From Anthoceros angustus (lineage: Eukaryota; Plantae; Anthocerotophyta), in the NCBI GenBank assembly GCA_010909165.1, contig MU008203.1, positions 186,001-250,000 of the forward strand: 64,000 nt of DNA, given 5' to 3'. This document shows, piece by piece, positions 1 through 13,500 of this stretch. The notes beneath the pieces were generated by a model, which worked only from the letters and a program-made list of their open reading frames with translations, was not told where the DNA came from and ran no database searches. Each line of letters starts with the position of its first letter. The first letter of the stretch is position 1. Made by a program: the position numbers and the translations under genes.

Positions 1-827
1 TCAATCAGGTTGTTCAGATCAATCGTGTCCATGAGGAGTATCCGGAAAGGGCTCGGCATATCTCGATTATTTTTCATACCTGCCAGTACTCCAAAAGCAG
101 GGACGCGATCCCAGAGAGTCACCGGACTAGGATGTGCCGTTCTCTTGTTCTCCTCAGCATGATCAAGCAGTGCCTTCATCGTCATCCGGTCACGTTCCAA
201 CGAATCCTGCAAAGCTCTCGCGCATTCATCCTCATGCACCAGTTTCCCGTGCGCTATCCGGCACTTCCTACTGCAATAAGCAACCAGCTCACAACGAGGG
301 CACGAACTTGTGGCTGGCTTACGGCAACACTTGCTGTACTGTGGACTCAGGTTTGCACAGGGTAATCTCATAGGCGTCTCCAGAAACACGCCCGATCCGT
401 AATGGACGACCCTGCCCGCATCACGGAGGTGCTTGAGGAACTCCGAGAAGAAGATGGCGGGGTATATCCCTTGCGACAAGCAGAGCTTCGCTATGGAGAG
501 CAGAATCCTCCCAGTGCGTTGGCACCGAGCCTGCATTGCATGAAAGGGGTGCGAGGAATTCGAACCAGCCTGCACCTCTGCCCCTGGATCATCACCGGCA
601 ATGTCAGCCGCATCCGCAAAATCCCCGCCTAATTCCGCAACCAGCTGAGGAAAGCGCTCCAGAGACGCTGTCACCAGGGATTTGATCTTGAACGACGCTG
701 GAAGGGGCTCAATAAGATCTGACAAGGCTGTCAAGTCCATCAATGGAACTGCCGTTTCCTTGAGCAAGGTCACCTTCCTGGAATATGAGTAGAGAATCTC
801 CCCCCACGAAGTCTTGCTGCAATCCAT
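1..827 (-). CDS. MYND zinc finger + DUF4470-like protein, copy 1 (5' part only; runs off window edge)
   Basis: ATG at 827; open frame MDCSKTSWGEILYSY...CCRKPATSSCPRCELVAYCSRKCRIAHGKLVHEDEC; highly similar to 4770-5596 and 16430-17234. Confidence 0.85.
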   Translation of the reverse strand, partial: MDCSKTSWGEILYSYSRKVTLLKETAVPLMDLTALSDLIEPLPASFKIKSLVTASLERFPQLVAELGGDFADAADIAGDDPGAEVQAGSNSSHPFHAMQARCQRTGRILLSIAKLCLSQGIYPAIFFSEFLKHLRDAGRVVHYGSGVFLETPMRLPCANLSPQYSKCCRKPATSSCPRCELVAYCSRKCRIAHGKLVHEDECARALQDSLERDRMTMKALLDHAEENKRTAHPSPVTLWDRVPAFGVLAGMKNNRDMPSPFRILLMDTIDLNNLI

Positions 828-2089
828 TGGCGCTCACAAGAAAATGCCTCAGTCCCCTGAAGGAACGCTGAGCCCCGCTGTGCAACCTGCACCACGGCGC
901 ATCAATAGCCCAAGGCCAGGGCATCACGAAGAACGTCCCCCGGTTTTGGACAGGACATTCACTATTTACAACATACATGCCATGATCATGCGCTATGGTC
1001 CATGCCCCATGCCCCACGCCCCATGCTCAACCGCGCGGCTGGCTTCCACACCGTGCGGTCCCGTTTCTTAAGAATAACCATAAGTCATGCCCACTGGCCC
1101 ACCGCTCACGCCGGGCTCGGGCACGGGGGATCGCCCGTCGCAAGTTTAAATAGTGCTGAAGGGTCTTCCAGAGTAGGTTTGTCAGTGGGGCTTATAAGCA
1201 GCGACCACATAGGGATCTACTGGAAGGAGGGCGACCTAGACCATGTGCACATCCAAGGAAACGAGCTGCTCGTCAGCCCAACCCACAGCACCTCGGCGAA
1301 ACGGGGGTCGTAAATATCCCGTTTCGTTTTCACGGGAGTTCTCACTTGGCCGGTGCCGGTGTGGTACAAATGGTTTAGGCCACATGGACACACACATTTA
1401 TAAGAACATCGTTATTAAGTATTCTGAGCTTGGATCGATATTTAGATGGGGTGCTTAAAGGGAATGGATGCCCTTGGTGCAAGTAGCTTAGGCATACCAT
1501 GGTACAAGTTGTTAAGTATTAAGTCCGTTGACGGAAATCCGTCCTTAATGGACTTAAATAAAATTCTTCTTCTTCTTCTACACCATACAACAGGAGCTGA
1601 GCTGCTGACATGGCACTCTCAAAACCAGTCGCCCAGATGGATCACCTATAACTCCTAGAATGTCATAATCAGAGAGATGAGATAGCCTACACATTATTTA
1701 TCTAGGATGCGTCCCGATCCGTCGTCGTCGTCCATAAGATAGCCCTTGCAAATGCCCATTGGAGGGCAATGGACTCTCTCTTTTAGAGGGGAATATTATG
1801 GACACCCACTTTTGAAGGGCAATATAGACACCCGCTTAGAACGATATGAAATAGAGAGAGTAGCTATTTCTTATCTTCTTGCAGTGGAACATGACTTGTT
1901 AAATATGTCAAAAGTCTTTAAGTTTTTAAGACAAGTGGGATGAAGAGGTGGCCCGCCTGCGACCCTCGCACTTATTAAAGTATAATAAGTGGCTGCGAAG
2001 TTTTTCAATAGACCCTATCTACTCTACTTAACAGATGGGATGTTTAACATTTTGCATTCGGTCTTCACCCATTATCCCTCGTACCTTCT

Positions 2090-2900
2090 TGGAGGGGAAT
2101 GTACTTGCTTAACTCCATCTCTGTCCAAAGTGGAGACATGGACATGGATGGGTAATAATACCGTCCACCTCTCAAATACCAAGAGACTTGGTCAGAAATA
2201 AGCGGCGGATGCCTCGTCTGGAGGCTTGCAATCTGGCAGGCTCACGGAGTCGGACAGGGTCCCCTGCGAGGGATGGGCAGCTGTAGGATGCCAGGGATCG
2301 GGGGTGCAGGCCTCGAATTTGGCTCAGAACCCGTGGGATCGGAGCTGCGCTTGCCGGATTGAGCTTGCAGCTATGGCAGGGAGCGCCCGATGAGGGCGTC
2401 CGCGGTCCTGCGAGCTGGGAAGGCACAAACCAAGCAAACCCGACGCGGAGCTCTCCACGACTTATGAGTCCTCCATTTCTCGCACACCCTTTTACGGTTT
2501 CGCTTAGGGTTGGAAGATTAGCTGCCCACTGATTCCCCAACCGCTATGATATCGGATCGGCGGTTATGTATGCCCCCAAGAAAGACTTTGTAGAGGCTTA
2601 CGAGAAGTGCGTTCTGCATCAGTTGCTCACTGTCTGTTGGTGGTGCTCTTGATCCACACCATCACAATGTTACGCTCGTGGTACTTGGCTCCTCCCGAGG
2701 TATCTTTGCGTCACATATTGGTCCATCGTACATATCTGGACAGTGAAGCTTTGAATCGAAGACGTGTTTTTATGCACTTTGCTGATGACACGTGAAACTT
2801 GTCCCGCTCAATTTAGCTTCGGTATGTGAGCATCACTGGTGATGCAGATCAAACGACAGACGTCAACCTGAAGCAGATCAAACTTATACTGACAATTCCC
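2090..2900. repeat. Non-coding block of the tandem unit, paralogous to 6845-7375 + 14403-14700
   Basis: Long shared tracts (e.g. ccagggatcgggggtgca, gctgcgcttgccggattgagcttg, gagaagtgc...gctcactgt); the second copy is split by the Mutator insertion. Confidence 0.8.
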
Positions 2901-2963
2901 AAACAGATGCCCGGTAATCACGTCCTCAGTGCTATCTGTGGCTCCACTTCAAACAGGAAGGTG

Positions 2964-5596
2964 CTACCCAGGTATGCTGCCCTCCCAGCCATATTCATGG
3001 ACGTGGCCTTGCTCTGCTGCGTCAAGGAGTGCATTCATTTTTTTCAAGTATCTAGCTATATCATCCTTAGTGAATGTATGATTTCCATCCTTAATGACTA
3101 CCTGAAATCTGTCCACGGCTTTAGCTGTATCTTCTTGAGAGCGCGGATCCCAAAGCCTTTGCTGAGAGATTTTCCTAACCGCGAGAAATATTTCATGGTG
3201 ATTAAGAGATGTAAGCATAACTTCCTTGTAGCACTCCTCGGCTGTGCTGATACTAGGTAGCATCTTCTGCCACTGTGTCTTCAGGTCAGCGTTCTGTTCA
3301 GCGGCTTCACCCTGTGGAGGCCTTCTGTAGATCATGAATGGCTTGAAGGGCTGGGATATATCCCAAAAGGTGGCTTGAAGCCGGAGCTTTTTAGGAAACT
3401 GCTTCATTGTAGTCTCGATGTAGGCATCGTGCGGAAGAAATAGCTCAGACCCCATATCCCTGGCCCAATTGCTAAATGAGGCGAGCCTGACCAGCCTTCT
3501 TCCAAACTCGTTGGATGAATTTGCGTTGAATTTTGATATGAATTCGTGGAACTGCAACCTGGCAGCCTCCATGTGATTTTTCGGAAAATCACCGAATCTG
3601 TCCAGTATTGTTATTGCACCCTCGTCAACCATTAGCTCGTACAAGAGGTTGAGCGCATTACCCACCCTGACATGGGGTTGCAAGCCCTGGGCTCCATGGC
3701 TGATGAGATCTCTCCTTGCAATATGAAAAGACCCTGTGCCGGGTCCCTTTTCCACCAAGTAGTCCTTGCGACGCTCAAGCTCGCTTCTGTGATCGGAGAA
3801 TTGAAATGCTATCTTGCATTTCCTAATCTTCTCAACAGCAGATTCAATGCGGTCTCGAATGTGGAAGTACAAATTTCCGTAGAGGTCGTTGCGTGGAACA
3901 GGAAACCGCTTCTCGCTCGTAACCTACAAGGTGGCAGCATTTCCATTTGTTAGGACTGCATAGCAGCTTAAGCATTCTGTTGCACTCCGTCGAAGATGTG
4001 TCCAAATGAGATGCCTCAAGTCTGGACATGGAAGCACACCATTACCTGGTGGATAGGCCAACCATACAGAGGTTCACGCCGTGTGGCCACGGCTGACCAG
4101 CCAGCACGTGGGCTGTCAATGGCTGACACCAGAGTTGGGTTGGGGAGGCAATGGTGGTAGGATTGAGCTGCAAATGGCAGAAGTAACCCCGACTCAGCGA
4201 ACTTTTCCAGGGCAGCGTAATGTGGTTCCAGCAGAAACCCATCGATTCCTTTGGCATCGTTACACTCACATAGTCCCAGAACTGCTCCCCGACTTGCAGC
4301 CTTAGGTTCCATGGTTGAAATTCCCATCAGAGTGAGGCACTTATACAACTCAAGCCCATGGATTCTGACAGACAAGCTGGAACCCGAGCATGCAATCTGC
4401 TTTACAATTCCGAATAGAACGTCATCATTGTAACTGGCACTGAGTTTCACCATGTCGTCTTGGATATCCTGTATGTGACGGTGAGGTTGGAATTGGGATG
4501 GTGGCGGTGGAAAGCTGCTGCAAGGTAGGATGTTAGGAATCGCGTTTAGAAGCTGTACGACGGTGTCCATAAGCAGCAGGTATTGACTCGGAGTCAATTC
4601 AGCCGAGTACCAGATGGCAATCACCGCATCCACGGCACTGAAGTCAAGCTCACCAGATGCCATTTGCAAGAGTAGGGAGCATAAGATCAAGTTCCGTGCA
4701 AGGGCCTGACAATGAGGCGTCTGGACGTGGATCTGTAATTCCCCTGCATATCCTGCATCAAACTGGTAGAGAGTTTCAATCAGGTTGTTCAAATCAACCG
4801 TGTCCATGAGAAGTATCCGGAAAGGGCTTGGCAGATCTCGATTATTTTCCAGACCTGCCAGTATTCCAAAAGCAGGGACGCGATCCCAGAGAGTCACCGG
4901 ACTAGGATGTGCCAACCTTTTGTTGTCCTCAGCATGATCACGCAGTGCCTTTCTCGTCACCCGGTCACGTTTCAACGAATCCTGCAAAGCTCTCGCGCAT
5001 TCATCTTCGTGCACCACGTCCCAATGCGCGTCCTGGCACTCCTTACTGCAATATGCAACCAGCTCACAATGAGGGCACGACGTGGTGGCTGGCGCACGGC
5101 AACACTTGCTGTACTGTGGACTTAGGTTTGCACAGGGTAATCTCATAGGCGTCTCCAGAAACACGCCCGATCCATAACGGACGACCCTGCCCGCTTCACG
5201 GAGGTGCTTGAGGAACTCCGAGAAGAAGATGGCAGGGTATATCCCTAACGACAAGCAGAGCTTCGCCATGGAGAGCAGGATCCTCCCGGTTTGTTGGCAC
5301 CGAGTCTGCATTGCATGAAAAGGGTGCGAGAAACTAGCCTGCACCTCTGCCTCTGAATTATGACCGGCACCGTCAGCCGCATCCGCAAAATGTCCGCCTA
5401 ATTCCGCAACCAGCTGAGGAAAGCGCTCCAGACACGCTGTCACCAGGGATTTGATCTTGGATGATGCTGGAAGGGGCTCAATCAGATCTGACAAGGCTGT
5501 CAAGTCGATCAATGGAACTGCCGTTTCCTTGAGCGTTGTCACCTTCCTGGAATATGAGTAGAGAAGCTCCCCCCACGAAGTCTTGTTGCAATCCAT
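2964..5596 (-). CDS. MYND zinc finger + DUF4470-like protein, copy 2 (exons 5596-4046, 3923-2964)
   Basis: MYND motif CC..CPHC..YCSKECQDAHW..H..C; DUF4470-like ILLMDTVDLNNL/ARNLIL/IWYSAEL. Phase-0 intron 4045-3924 (CAG|GTAATG...TTGTAG|GTT) joins to VPRNDLYGNLYFHIRD. Extreme C-terminus uncertain. Confidence 0.85.
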
Positions 5597-5919
5597 TGGG
5601 GCTCACAAGAAAATGCCTCAGTCCCCTGAAGGAACGCAGTGCCCCGCACAGCCTGCACAACGGCAGATCAATACCCCAAGGCCAGGGCATCACGAAGGAT
5701 GTCCCCCGGGTTAGCACAGAACATTTACCATATACATGGATGATCATGCGCCATGGTCCATGCCCCATGCCCCATGCCCAACCGCGCGGGCAGGTGGTCC
5801 CGTTTTACCGTGCGGTCCGGATTCCTAATACATCCATAATAAGTCATGCCGATTGCTCACCCCGGGCACGGGCACGGGCACGGGGATAGGCCGTTGCAAG
5901 TTTAAATAATGCTGAAGAA

Positions 5920-6310
5920 ACTCAACAAGGGAGGCCTCAAAAATGGGTTCCCCCACTCCGTGGTGAAATGGTTTAAATTCTCCAAGTTCAACTCCCGTAA
6001 GTGCAGCTGGTTGTACCCATAATAGTCGTCTAGGAAGGAGTAGGTCATACGACCCGCCATCTTGTTCAATATATTGTCAACGAAGGGCATCAGAATTTGG
6101 CAGATACGAATTTGGCCGGGCTATTTCTTTGGAACCACCACAATAGGTGCCACCCACTCGCTGTTTACAATTGGAAAGATGATATCTGCCTCTAAATACT
6201 TGTCTAAGACCTCCTTCACCTTGAGCGAATGTTTCGGATTTAGCTTGTACACCCTGATCCTTACGGGCACCGCTCCAAGCTTCAAATCAATTTTGCGCTC
6301 ACCTCACTTC
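5920..6310 (-). mobile_element. Ty3/gypsy reverse transcriptase fragment (degenerate, internally deleted)
   Basis: IDLKLGAVPVRIRVYKLNPK...LEADIIFPIVNSEWVAPIV and PFVDNILNKMAGRMTYSFLDDYYGYNQ match the gypsy RT N-terminal motifs. Confidence 0.8.
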
Positions 6311-7427
6311 TTTGGATCCCCTTCATGTCCGTTATCTTGAAGGCGAACACCTCGCACGCAGAATTCTCCCAACATTTGCTTTAGTCCCTCCTTTAAGGCA
6401 AGATGCATCCCCTTCCTGAATTTTAGGAACTTCTCCGGCTTCACTTCCACGTCCTCCACATCATCTGGGTTGACCGTTTCCCGCTCTCGTGTTGCCGAAC
6501 TGCAACCGAAACCTTCATCCTCCATTCGCAGGTCCTTTTCCCGCATTCCCCATTCCCTAAAGAGTTTGTACGAGGTGAAACACGTGACTCCTTCGATATC
6601 TCCATCTTCACTCACTCTCCCTTGACACTCCTCTGACTTCGGTGCCCGGTCTGTCGTGGCACTCACAATCTTTGCATCTCTTGTCTCCTCTACTAGTGCC
6701 TCTACCTGTTACCCATAGCTTGCACATATGACGGCCGCTTTAGAATTAGGAAGAAACTCTAGGTTTTAACGTTGCATGAGCTATTTTTCGTCCCAAAAAT
6801 TCCCCGAAGAGGTCTGTCGTTATGGGGTTAACTTGACCTACTTGTACCGTCAAGGAGGAATATGTGCTTGGCCTTAACTCCATCTTGAAAATACTGATCC
6901 ACCTAGATGGTCAGAATTAGGCGGCGGAATCTGGTTTAGGGTTTACAGGCTCACCTGCGAGGGTTGGGCAGCTGTCGGAGACCAGGGATCGGGGGTGCAA
7001 GCCTCAAATTTAGCTCAGATCCCGTGTATTCGGGGCTGCGCTTGCCGGATTGAGCTTGTAGCTATGGGTGGAAATGCCCGATGAGGGCGTACGTGGTTTT
7101 GTCAAGCTGAAGAGGCACAAACCAAGCAGATCAGACCCAGGGCTCTACACTACTGAGTTTTCCATCTCTCGCACACTCTTGTAGGGTTTCGGTTAGGGTT
7201 GGGGTATTAGCTACGCTTAAATTACCCTACTCGGATCGGTGGTCATTTTACCTTCACAACAAGGAGTTTAAGGAGGCCGACGAGAAGTGCATTCGACACT
7301 AGTAGCTCACTGTATGTTGATGGTGCTCGTCACCCACACTATCAGAATATTATGCTCCTGGTATTAGCCATTTGCGGCTAGGCCTAAATATCGGTTCGCG
7401 GTGCGGCGATGAACCGACATGCCATGC

Positions 7428-10400
7428 CATGAGCATGGCCTTCCTCTCCTACTCCTCTCTCTTATCCGTGCCAACCCGCGAGAGCAGTGGGAGCGACGAT
7501 TCAAGTTCCCGTCGCCCTGATTGTCGTAGCAATTCCCACGGTGATACTGCTCACCCTTCGTTCGTTTCACTTGAGAACGAGAGCAGAGAGAGCGCTCTGC
7601 TCAAAGCAGGGCACACGGTAAGAGTTGAAAGACCGAAGGCTAGGAAGGATGCAAATATACTGATCGTGCTCCAATGATGGATGAGGTTGCAGCGCATTGT
7701 CCTTTGCGATTAGGAGGAGGTGGAGGAAATTTTCTTTCAATGACTTGGAATGGCAGCAATCCTCATACAAGCATCCATCTTGTCCTGGCCAAGACAAACA
7801 ACGATAGCTAGCTTACATCCCTTGGACCAGAGTGCAGGATTTCATATAGGGCATCAACGCATTGCCACAGGCTCCTACAAATTATTACAAGGCATCTCGT
7901 AGAGGGCCAGACAGCAATACTTCAGCAATAAGTTGTCTGAAGCTAGATGCAGCCATTTTCACAACACGGTATGTATGGACCCTAAGGATTCAATGCGTTT
8001 ACTTTGTGCTTGTTGGTATAATTGAAAGATTTCATCTTCAGTGTTTTGCTTGCAGTTATTGGTGTGGATATGGGCCACAAGACTTGCGGAATGTTCCCAT
8101 GCCTCCACCACCTGTACCTATTGCTATGGAGGGTGAGAAGAAGCGTAGACGATCTCGGATTGCTAACGGTGAAAGCATCAAATACGGCTGTCAAACTTCA
8201 TTTGCCATTGCACAGTTACAAAGATGGCCAGTAATTGCATAAGCTATATGAAACTATGCACGTGGATGTTTCTGGAAGAGTGTGTCATGGCCTAGAGTAC
8301 GTAGGCATGCCAAGAGATGTCAAGGCTCCTCACTTGAGTGCTACTAACAAGAAGGCATGGGTGAAACATGGTTTACTGTGTAATGTTTCTGTGGTAGAGA
8401 TTCTTCGACAACACTAGGAGCAGGTGCGGGCGATATGTTATGGGCTTTCAACAAGCTTGGAGCATGAGTCACAGTATGTCTATGTTAGAGATGATTTCTT
8501 GACACGTGCAGACATTGACAATCTTGCCGTCAACTTGCAAGGTACAGTATGGAAACATCATCCGGATGACAATATTAGTGTGGCTATATGGATGCGGCTC
8601 AATGCTGCATTTGTGTTTCACAAGTCCACTGCTGATTAGTCGTTTTATTTGGGGATTCAGACCCCGTTCATGCTTCAGACCTGTTTGACACATGGTAAGA
8701 ATAATGTGCTCGGGATTGATTCCACGTTTGGTGTAAACCAGTACAAGTACCAGCTCTTCACAATTATGGCTTTTGACCTTCACATGAATGGTATTCCGGC
8801 AGCATGGGTTTTGGCAAAGGACAGTACAAGTGGCACCATAGCCAGGTGGCTGACATCTTTTCATGAGGTTCTGTTAAGTAAGGATGCAACTTGGTTGCCC
8901 CCCGCAATATGGGTTGATGATTGTGCAGCTGAGATTGCTGCAATTCGAAAGGTTTACAATTACAGTGTTCTTGTTCTACTTTGCCTTTGGCATGTGCGTC
9001 GTGCTTGGCTCCGTAATCTTATTAAGAAAGTCCAAAACAAGGTAGACAAGGAACTAGATGAAGCGAGGTGGGTAACGATGTACGTGAAGGGCTCCAGCAC
9101 ATCAATTCGAGATACAATTCGGGAGGGTGAGCAGTTGCTATTTTCCTTCTATGCCAAGTGGGAGAAATGGCAACCCGCGTTCGTGGGCTATTTCAAAACA
9201 ACCTGGGGTGCACAACTAGGTTAGTCCATATCTCCACCCTCGTATTCTCCCTTTTCAAGCTTGTACACATACACATCTTCACAAGGCCTGTTTTGATTGC
9301 AGGCATGTTCATTAAAAATGCCCGCATGCTTCCGCATACAGGGCAAGACTGTGCCTCTGCTATAGAGGCATGGCATCGGTTTTTTAAGCAGAAACTTAGT
9401 TTTACGAGGGCATCTCTTACTAGCAAATGAGTAGACTGGCTGTTACATCAATTGTGCTTCGTAATTGCGTCTCATTATTGGTATGTGAACCATTGCAAAG
9501 AAGGAGGGTATGTGGTTAACATAGCCGAGGAGAAACTGGTGCACATTGCAATATATGGGGTAACTCTGATTGAGGATGATAATGTTACTTTGCTTTCCCC
9601 GCCTTGTACCACAGCTTTATGGAGGAGTTCAATAGATGCCCATGTGACATATGCAATTGAGAATGCAGATTCCATGTGGGCTACATGTGAGTGTGCTCAA
9701 GGGAGGAAAGGCTTTATTTGTAAACACATCGTGAAAGTGCAGGATATGCTTGAAGTGCTCTCATACACACTCCGGATGAAACGCCGATACAAAGAACGAA
9801 TGGTCTCGTAATTCAGAGCACATGCGACTCTTGCTTTATGTGATAATAGAGAACAGGTGATGGAAAGCGTTTCGTGCAACCTGCAACCCGCTGTGGAGAG
9901 TGTTTTATGTAACGAAGGCGGAACAGAAGATCAGGTTCGCTTCCTGGAACAAGATTGCAATGCTATTGTGAATTTGATGCACAAGAATAAGGAAGTAGTG
10001 GGGGATGCAGCACTTTTGGTGAAACGTACACTCATGGATGTCCAACGTTTGATTGCATACGAGCAGGATATGCCTGCAGCACGACAAACTCTTCAAGCAT
10101 TCAACACCAACGAGGGAGACAACAACATCGTCAGGACTAAGCCATTCTTCTCAGCACCGAAGAAAAAGAAGAAGAGAGTGACTTGGAAGTTATCAGCAGA
10201 CAAAGAAAACTTGCGTAGGTGTAGGTGCGATGTAGGTGCCAGTAATGTCTCCCTTCAGATGTTTTGACCAATGCTGCAATTAATCAAAAACTCAATCTTA
10301 AGCTTGGTGATTGTCCTCTCCGCTCGTCTTGGTGATCCTCCTCTACGCTTGCCTCAGTGCGTCCCAGCTGCGCATGCCTGAACGCTGTACGTGCCGACGA

Positions 10401-10533
10401 GTTCGACTTTGTATCATGCCAGAGTATCGCCGCGGTATTCAGGATGATGGGAACTTGAATTAGTTCCCCGCCCGTGGCCGGCCGGCCGGCCGGATACGAG
10501 AGAGGGGCAGGGGAGAGGAAGGCCATGCTCATG
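7428..10533. mobile_element. Inner element 1, bounded by ~120-bp imperfect TIRs (7428-~7555 / ~10415-10533)
   Basis: catgagcatggccttcctctcc...attcaagttccc at the left matches the reverse complement of 10415-10533. Confidence 0.7.
7862..10267 (+). pseudogene. MULE transposase with SWIM zinc finger (spliced, premature stops)
   Basis: IDSTFGVNQYKYQLFTIM, VDDCAAEIAAI, CLWHVRRAWL, AIEAWH, SWIM CECAQGRKGFICKH. Intron near 9221-9302 restores the frame. In-frame TAG/TGA at several CAG/CGA-derived positions. Confidence 0.85.
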
Positions 10534-13500
10534 ACCGCAGGCGCTAATGGTCACTGTGCTCTTAATGTGAGCACGGAACCAAAGCGCCAACTCACCATGG
10601 TGAGCATGTCACACCGCAGCGGTCATGCCATCGCTCTCATCCACTCTCCCGTTTGGCGCGACGGCATTTCTCGCGCCCGTCGCCGCTTCACTAACCCTAA
10701 TGTAACGTATAATATAGCTATGCCGTATGTACTTTATATTGTACCCATATGTCTACGTATTCATGAACCCGTCTTTAATTTGAAGAAGTGCAAACTCTGA
10801 AAGTGCCCTACCCCGCGCACTCGCGAGGCCAAGCTCCAGAGCTAGCCGTAATAGAGCAAACAGAGAAGACAATCCCGTAGATTTTATGGATGAATCAATT
10901 AGAAGGCTGGGTGCCCCGCCCGCCTCAACCTTGCCCTTTTGAAGTGCAGAATCCGGGTCCCGGTCCTTTTTGTAAGGAGACATTGAATTGGCAAGATGGT
11001 GAGCATCTTGTCCGGCAGACGGTGACTCGTGTGAAACGTTGCTACATTCTTTGGACGAGGTACCCAGATTTCATTGTTGGCAAAGAGAAGTCGACGTTCT
11101 TCCCCACCAAATTGATAAGGGCCAATGTTTGGACCAAATCTGGTGTGAGGCAAAGAGGAATTTCATCTACCACTCCTCGGCACTACATCAAGTTTGCCTG
11201 TGCTTATGGCTACCGAAGCAAACTCCTCGGATTCCGGTTTGTGGACATCACTAACAAGCCAAGTTAGGCAAAGGCGGGCGCTCCAAGATTGCCTGTGGAG
11301 AAAGCAAGAATCGTGGGTGCCAGTTTTTGTTATTTGTAACACAGCTGGAGATGTTTCATGAGGTTGCTGAACTGAGACTACATCAAAGGGAGCACATTGA
11401 TTCAACGGGAGAGTATTGTCATGGTTTGCTAGCGAGTGATTCAGCTTCAAATTGTACCCTTGCTCCTTAGCTGTCCACAACTAAGAAGGAGTGGGTGAAG
11501 TATAAGTTGCTATGTAAGACGACTGCTTTTCATTTCCTAATTGACCATGAGTCTGAGGTGTTTTTAAGGAAGCATCGTGATGTGCAAGCAGTCCTTGAGC
11601 GGGATGATTTTTGCCTAGAGACATAAGGAATTTGCAGGCGAGTTGGACTCCGGTGTGGCGATTCCATGTAAGCGATGAGGTGAGTGTCAGTGCGATGGAT
11701 GTCCATAGAGGAGAGTGTTTTTCCTTTGCCGGGAGAAGAACAGCATGCCAAGGATTTTATGTTAGGCATCCAAACGGATTTTCAATTACAGTCCATGTTG
11801 CGTTGCGGTCACAAGTCAGTCATATCTATGGATGCCACGTTTGGCACCAATAAGTGGAATTTCAGCTATTCACTTTGTTGGTTTTTTACGATCATTTTAA
11901 CGGTATCCTATCGCTTGGGTGATTACCAGCAAGGCTACGGCGGCCAATTTCACGATGGCTAGAATGCTTACGCAAGGATCTTTGCTCATGGATGTCCAAC
12001 GCTTTTACGGTGAGCGATTGTATGGCGGAAATTAATGGCATCAAGGATGTGTTTGGAAGTAACATACTGGTTTTCTTGTGTCTATGGCATGTTCGGAGGG
12101 CTTGGCTGCGGCAATTGCTAAAAAAGGTGAAGGCACCCGACACCAGGCATGCAATTATGAAATCCTCAGGTGACATCGTGCATATGAACATTGATGTCGG
12201 GGTAGAGGTAAACCAAGCATGCGTCCAAAGACTTGAACTGTTTTATGCTACCTTCCAGGAGTCTGCTAGCAGCTTTGTGAAGTATTTTAAAGACCAAGGG
12301 GTTCTAACATGCTACCATGGATTAAAGCAATTAGGACAATTCCACATGCCGGACAAGAGGCGCAACTCGTCCATAGAAGCATATCACAAACATAAAATCT
12401 GAGATGTTTGCTCTCAAAACCCTTCTAATGTTGATTAGATTGGCTGTTGCATATTTTGTTCGTAGATTTGGTATGTAGCCCAGTGTAAGGCAGTTGGCAT
12501 GCTTCGAAATTCCAAGCAAGAGAACATTGTGCGGAGTGCTCTCCAAAAAGCAACAGCCATATTAGACAGCCATGTGGTCTTACCAACTCCAGACTCTCCA
12601 AATATGTAAGCAAGGGACGCGAGGTTTCATGTGCAAACACCAGCTCAAGGTTATGCTGCTCATGGATAAGGTAGTCCCCACTCAAAAGCTGGTTGTTAGG
12701 TATTCGAGGTTGCAGCTTGCTCAAACCGAGTTCCAACGACTTTCTACCGATCTTGAGAGGACACTTCCATGTGGGAGAATTTCCTCCCACATGGCGGTAA
12801 CAGGGACAAGTAGCCAAGGTGAGGCGGTATTCCGTTCTTGAGCAAGCAACCGTGTGCACAGTAGGTAGATTGAAGACGTCTCCAAGTTTGGGAGCTTTGT
12901 GCCAGCAGTTGACACTCGTTTTGGAAAAGTGGCCTTTTCTTGAGCAGCACGTGAAGGGCTTATTCCAGCAAATGATCAGACAGCTAGAGGGCATGGGAGC
13001 TGATGCAGTAGGTAACACCATGCTTCCAACACTACCAGTGCTAGCTGATAATAGCAATTCAGATAACAGCTTCAAAAGGAAGCTTGCTTTTTGGGAAAGA
13101 AGTAGTACTTGGAAGCTGCCATCTAAGAAGAAATAGCCCACTTTCGTGGAGCTTGCTGGACGAGTGGACACCATTGTTCCGTAATATGTGGTAGGGAATC
13201 AAGCCTATTTGTGGTACATGGACATATAAGACATCAATTGAGAACCAACTGTAGTTGGCACTTTGTAATTTACGTTGGACAGCTCGTGTCTTTGACCACT
13301 TACAAAAGCTTGAACATTATAATTGCTGCAAGAGAAACTACGAGACATATCGCAGCAAGACTCTTTGTTGGAAGTGAAACCAGCACAATAGTTACAACCA
13401 TAGACAGAGAGCAACAAACGACAAGAGGCATAGTAATTGACAAAGGCTTGTTCACATGTTTGCTCACAAGGTCTTCACAGGCTCTGCACTCATTTGTGTC

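Noticed and set aside
1300-2090. AT-richer stretch with weak L1 3'-like hints
   Set aside because: No motif strong enough to call
10474-10800. Similar ORFs at 10474-10800 (+) and 14081-14473 (-)
   Set aside because: Chance frames across the two TIRs of inner element 2; not genes
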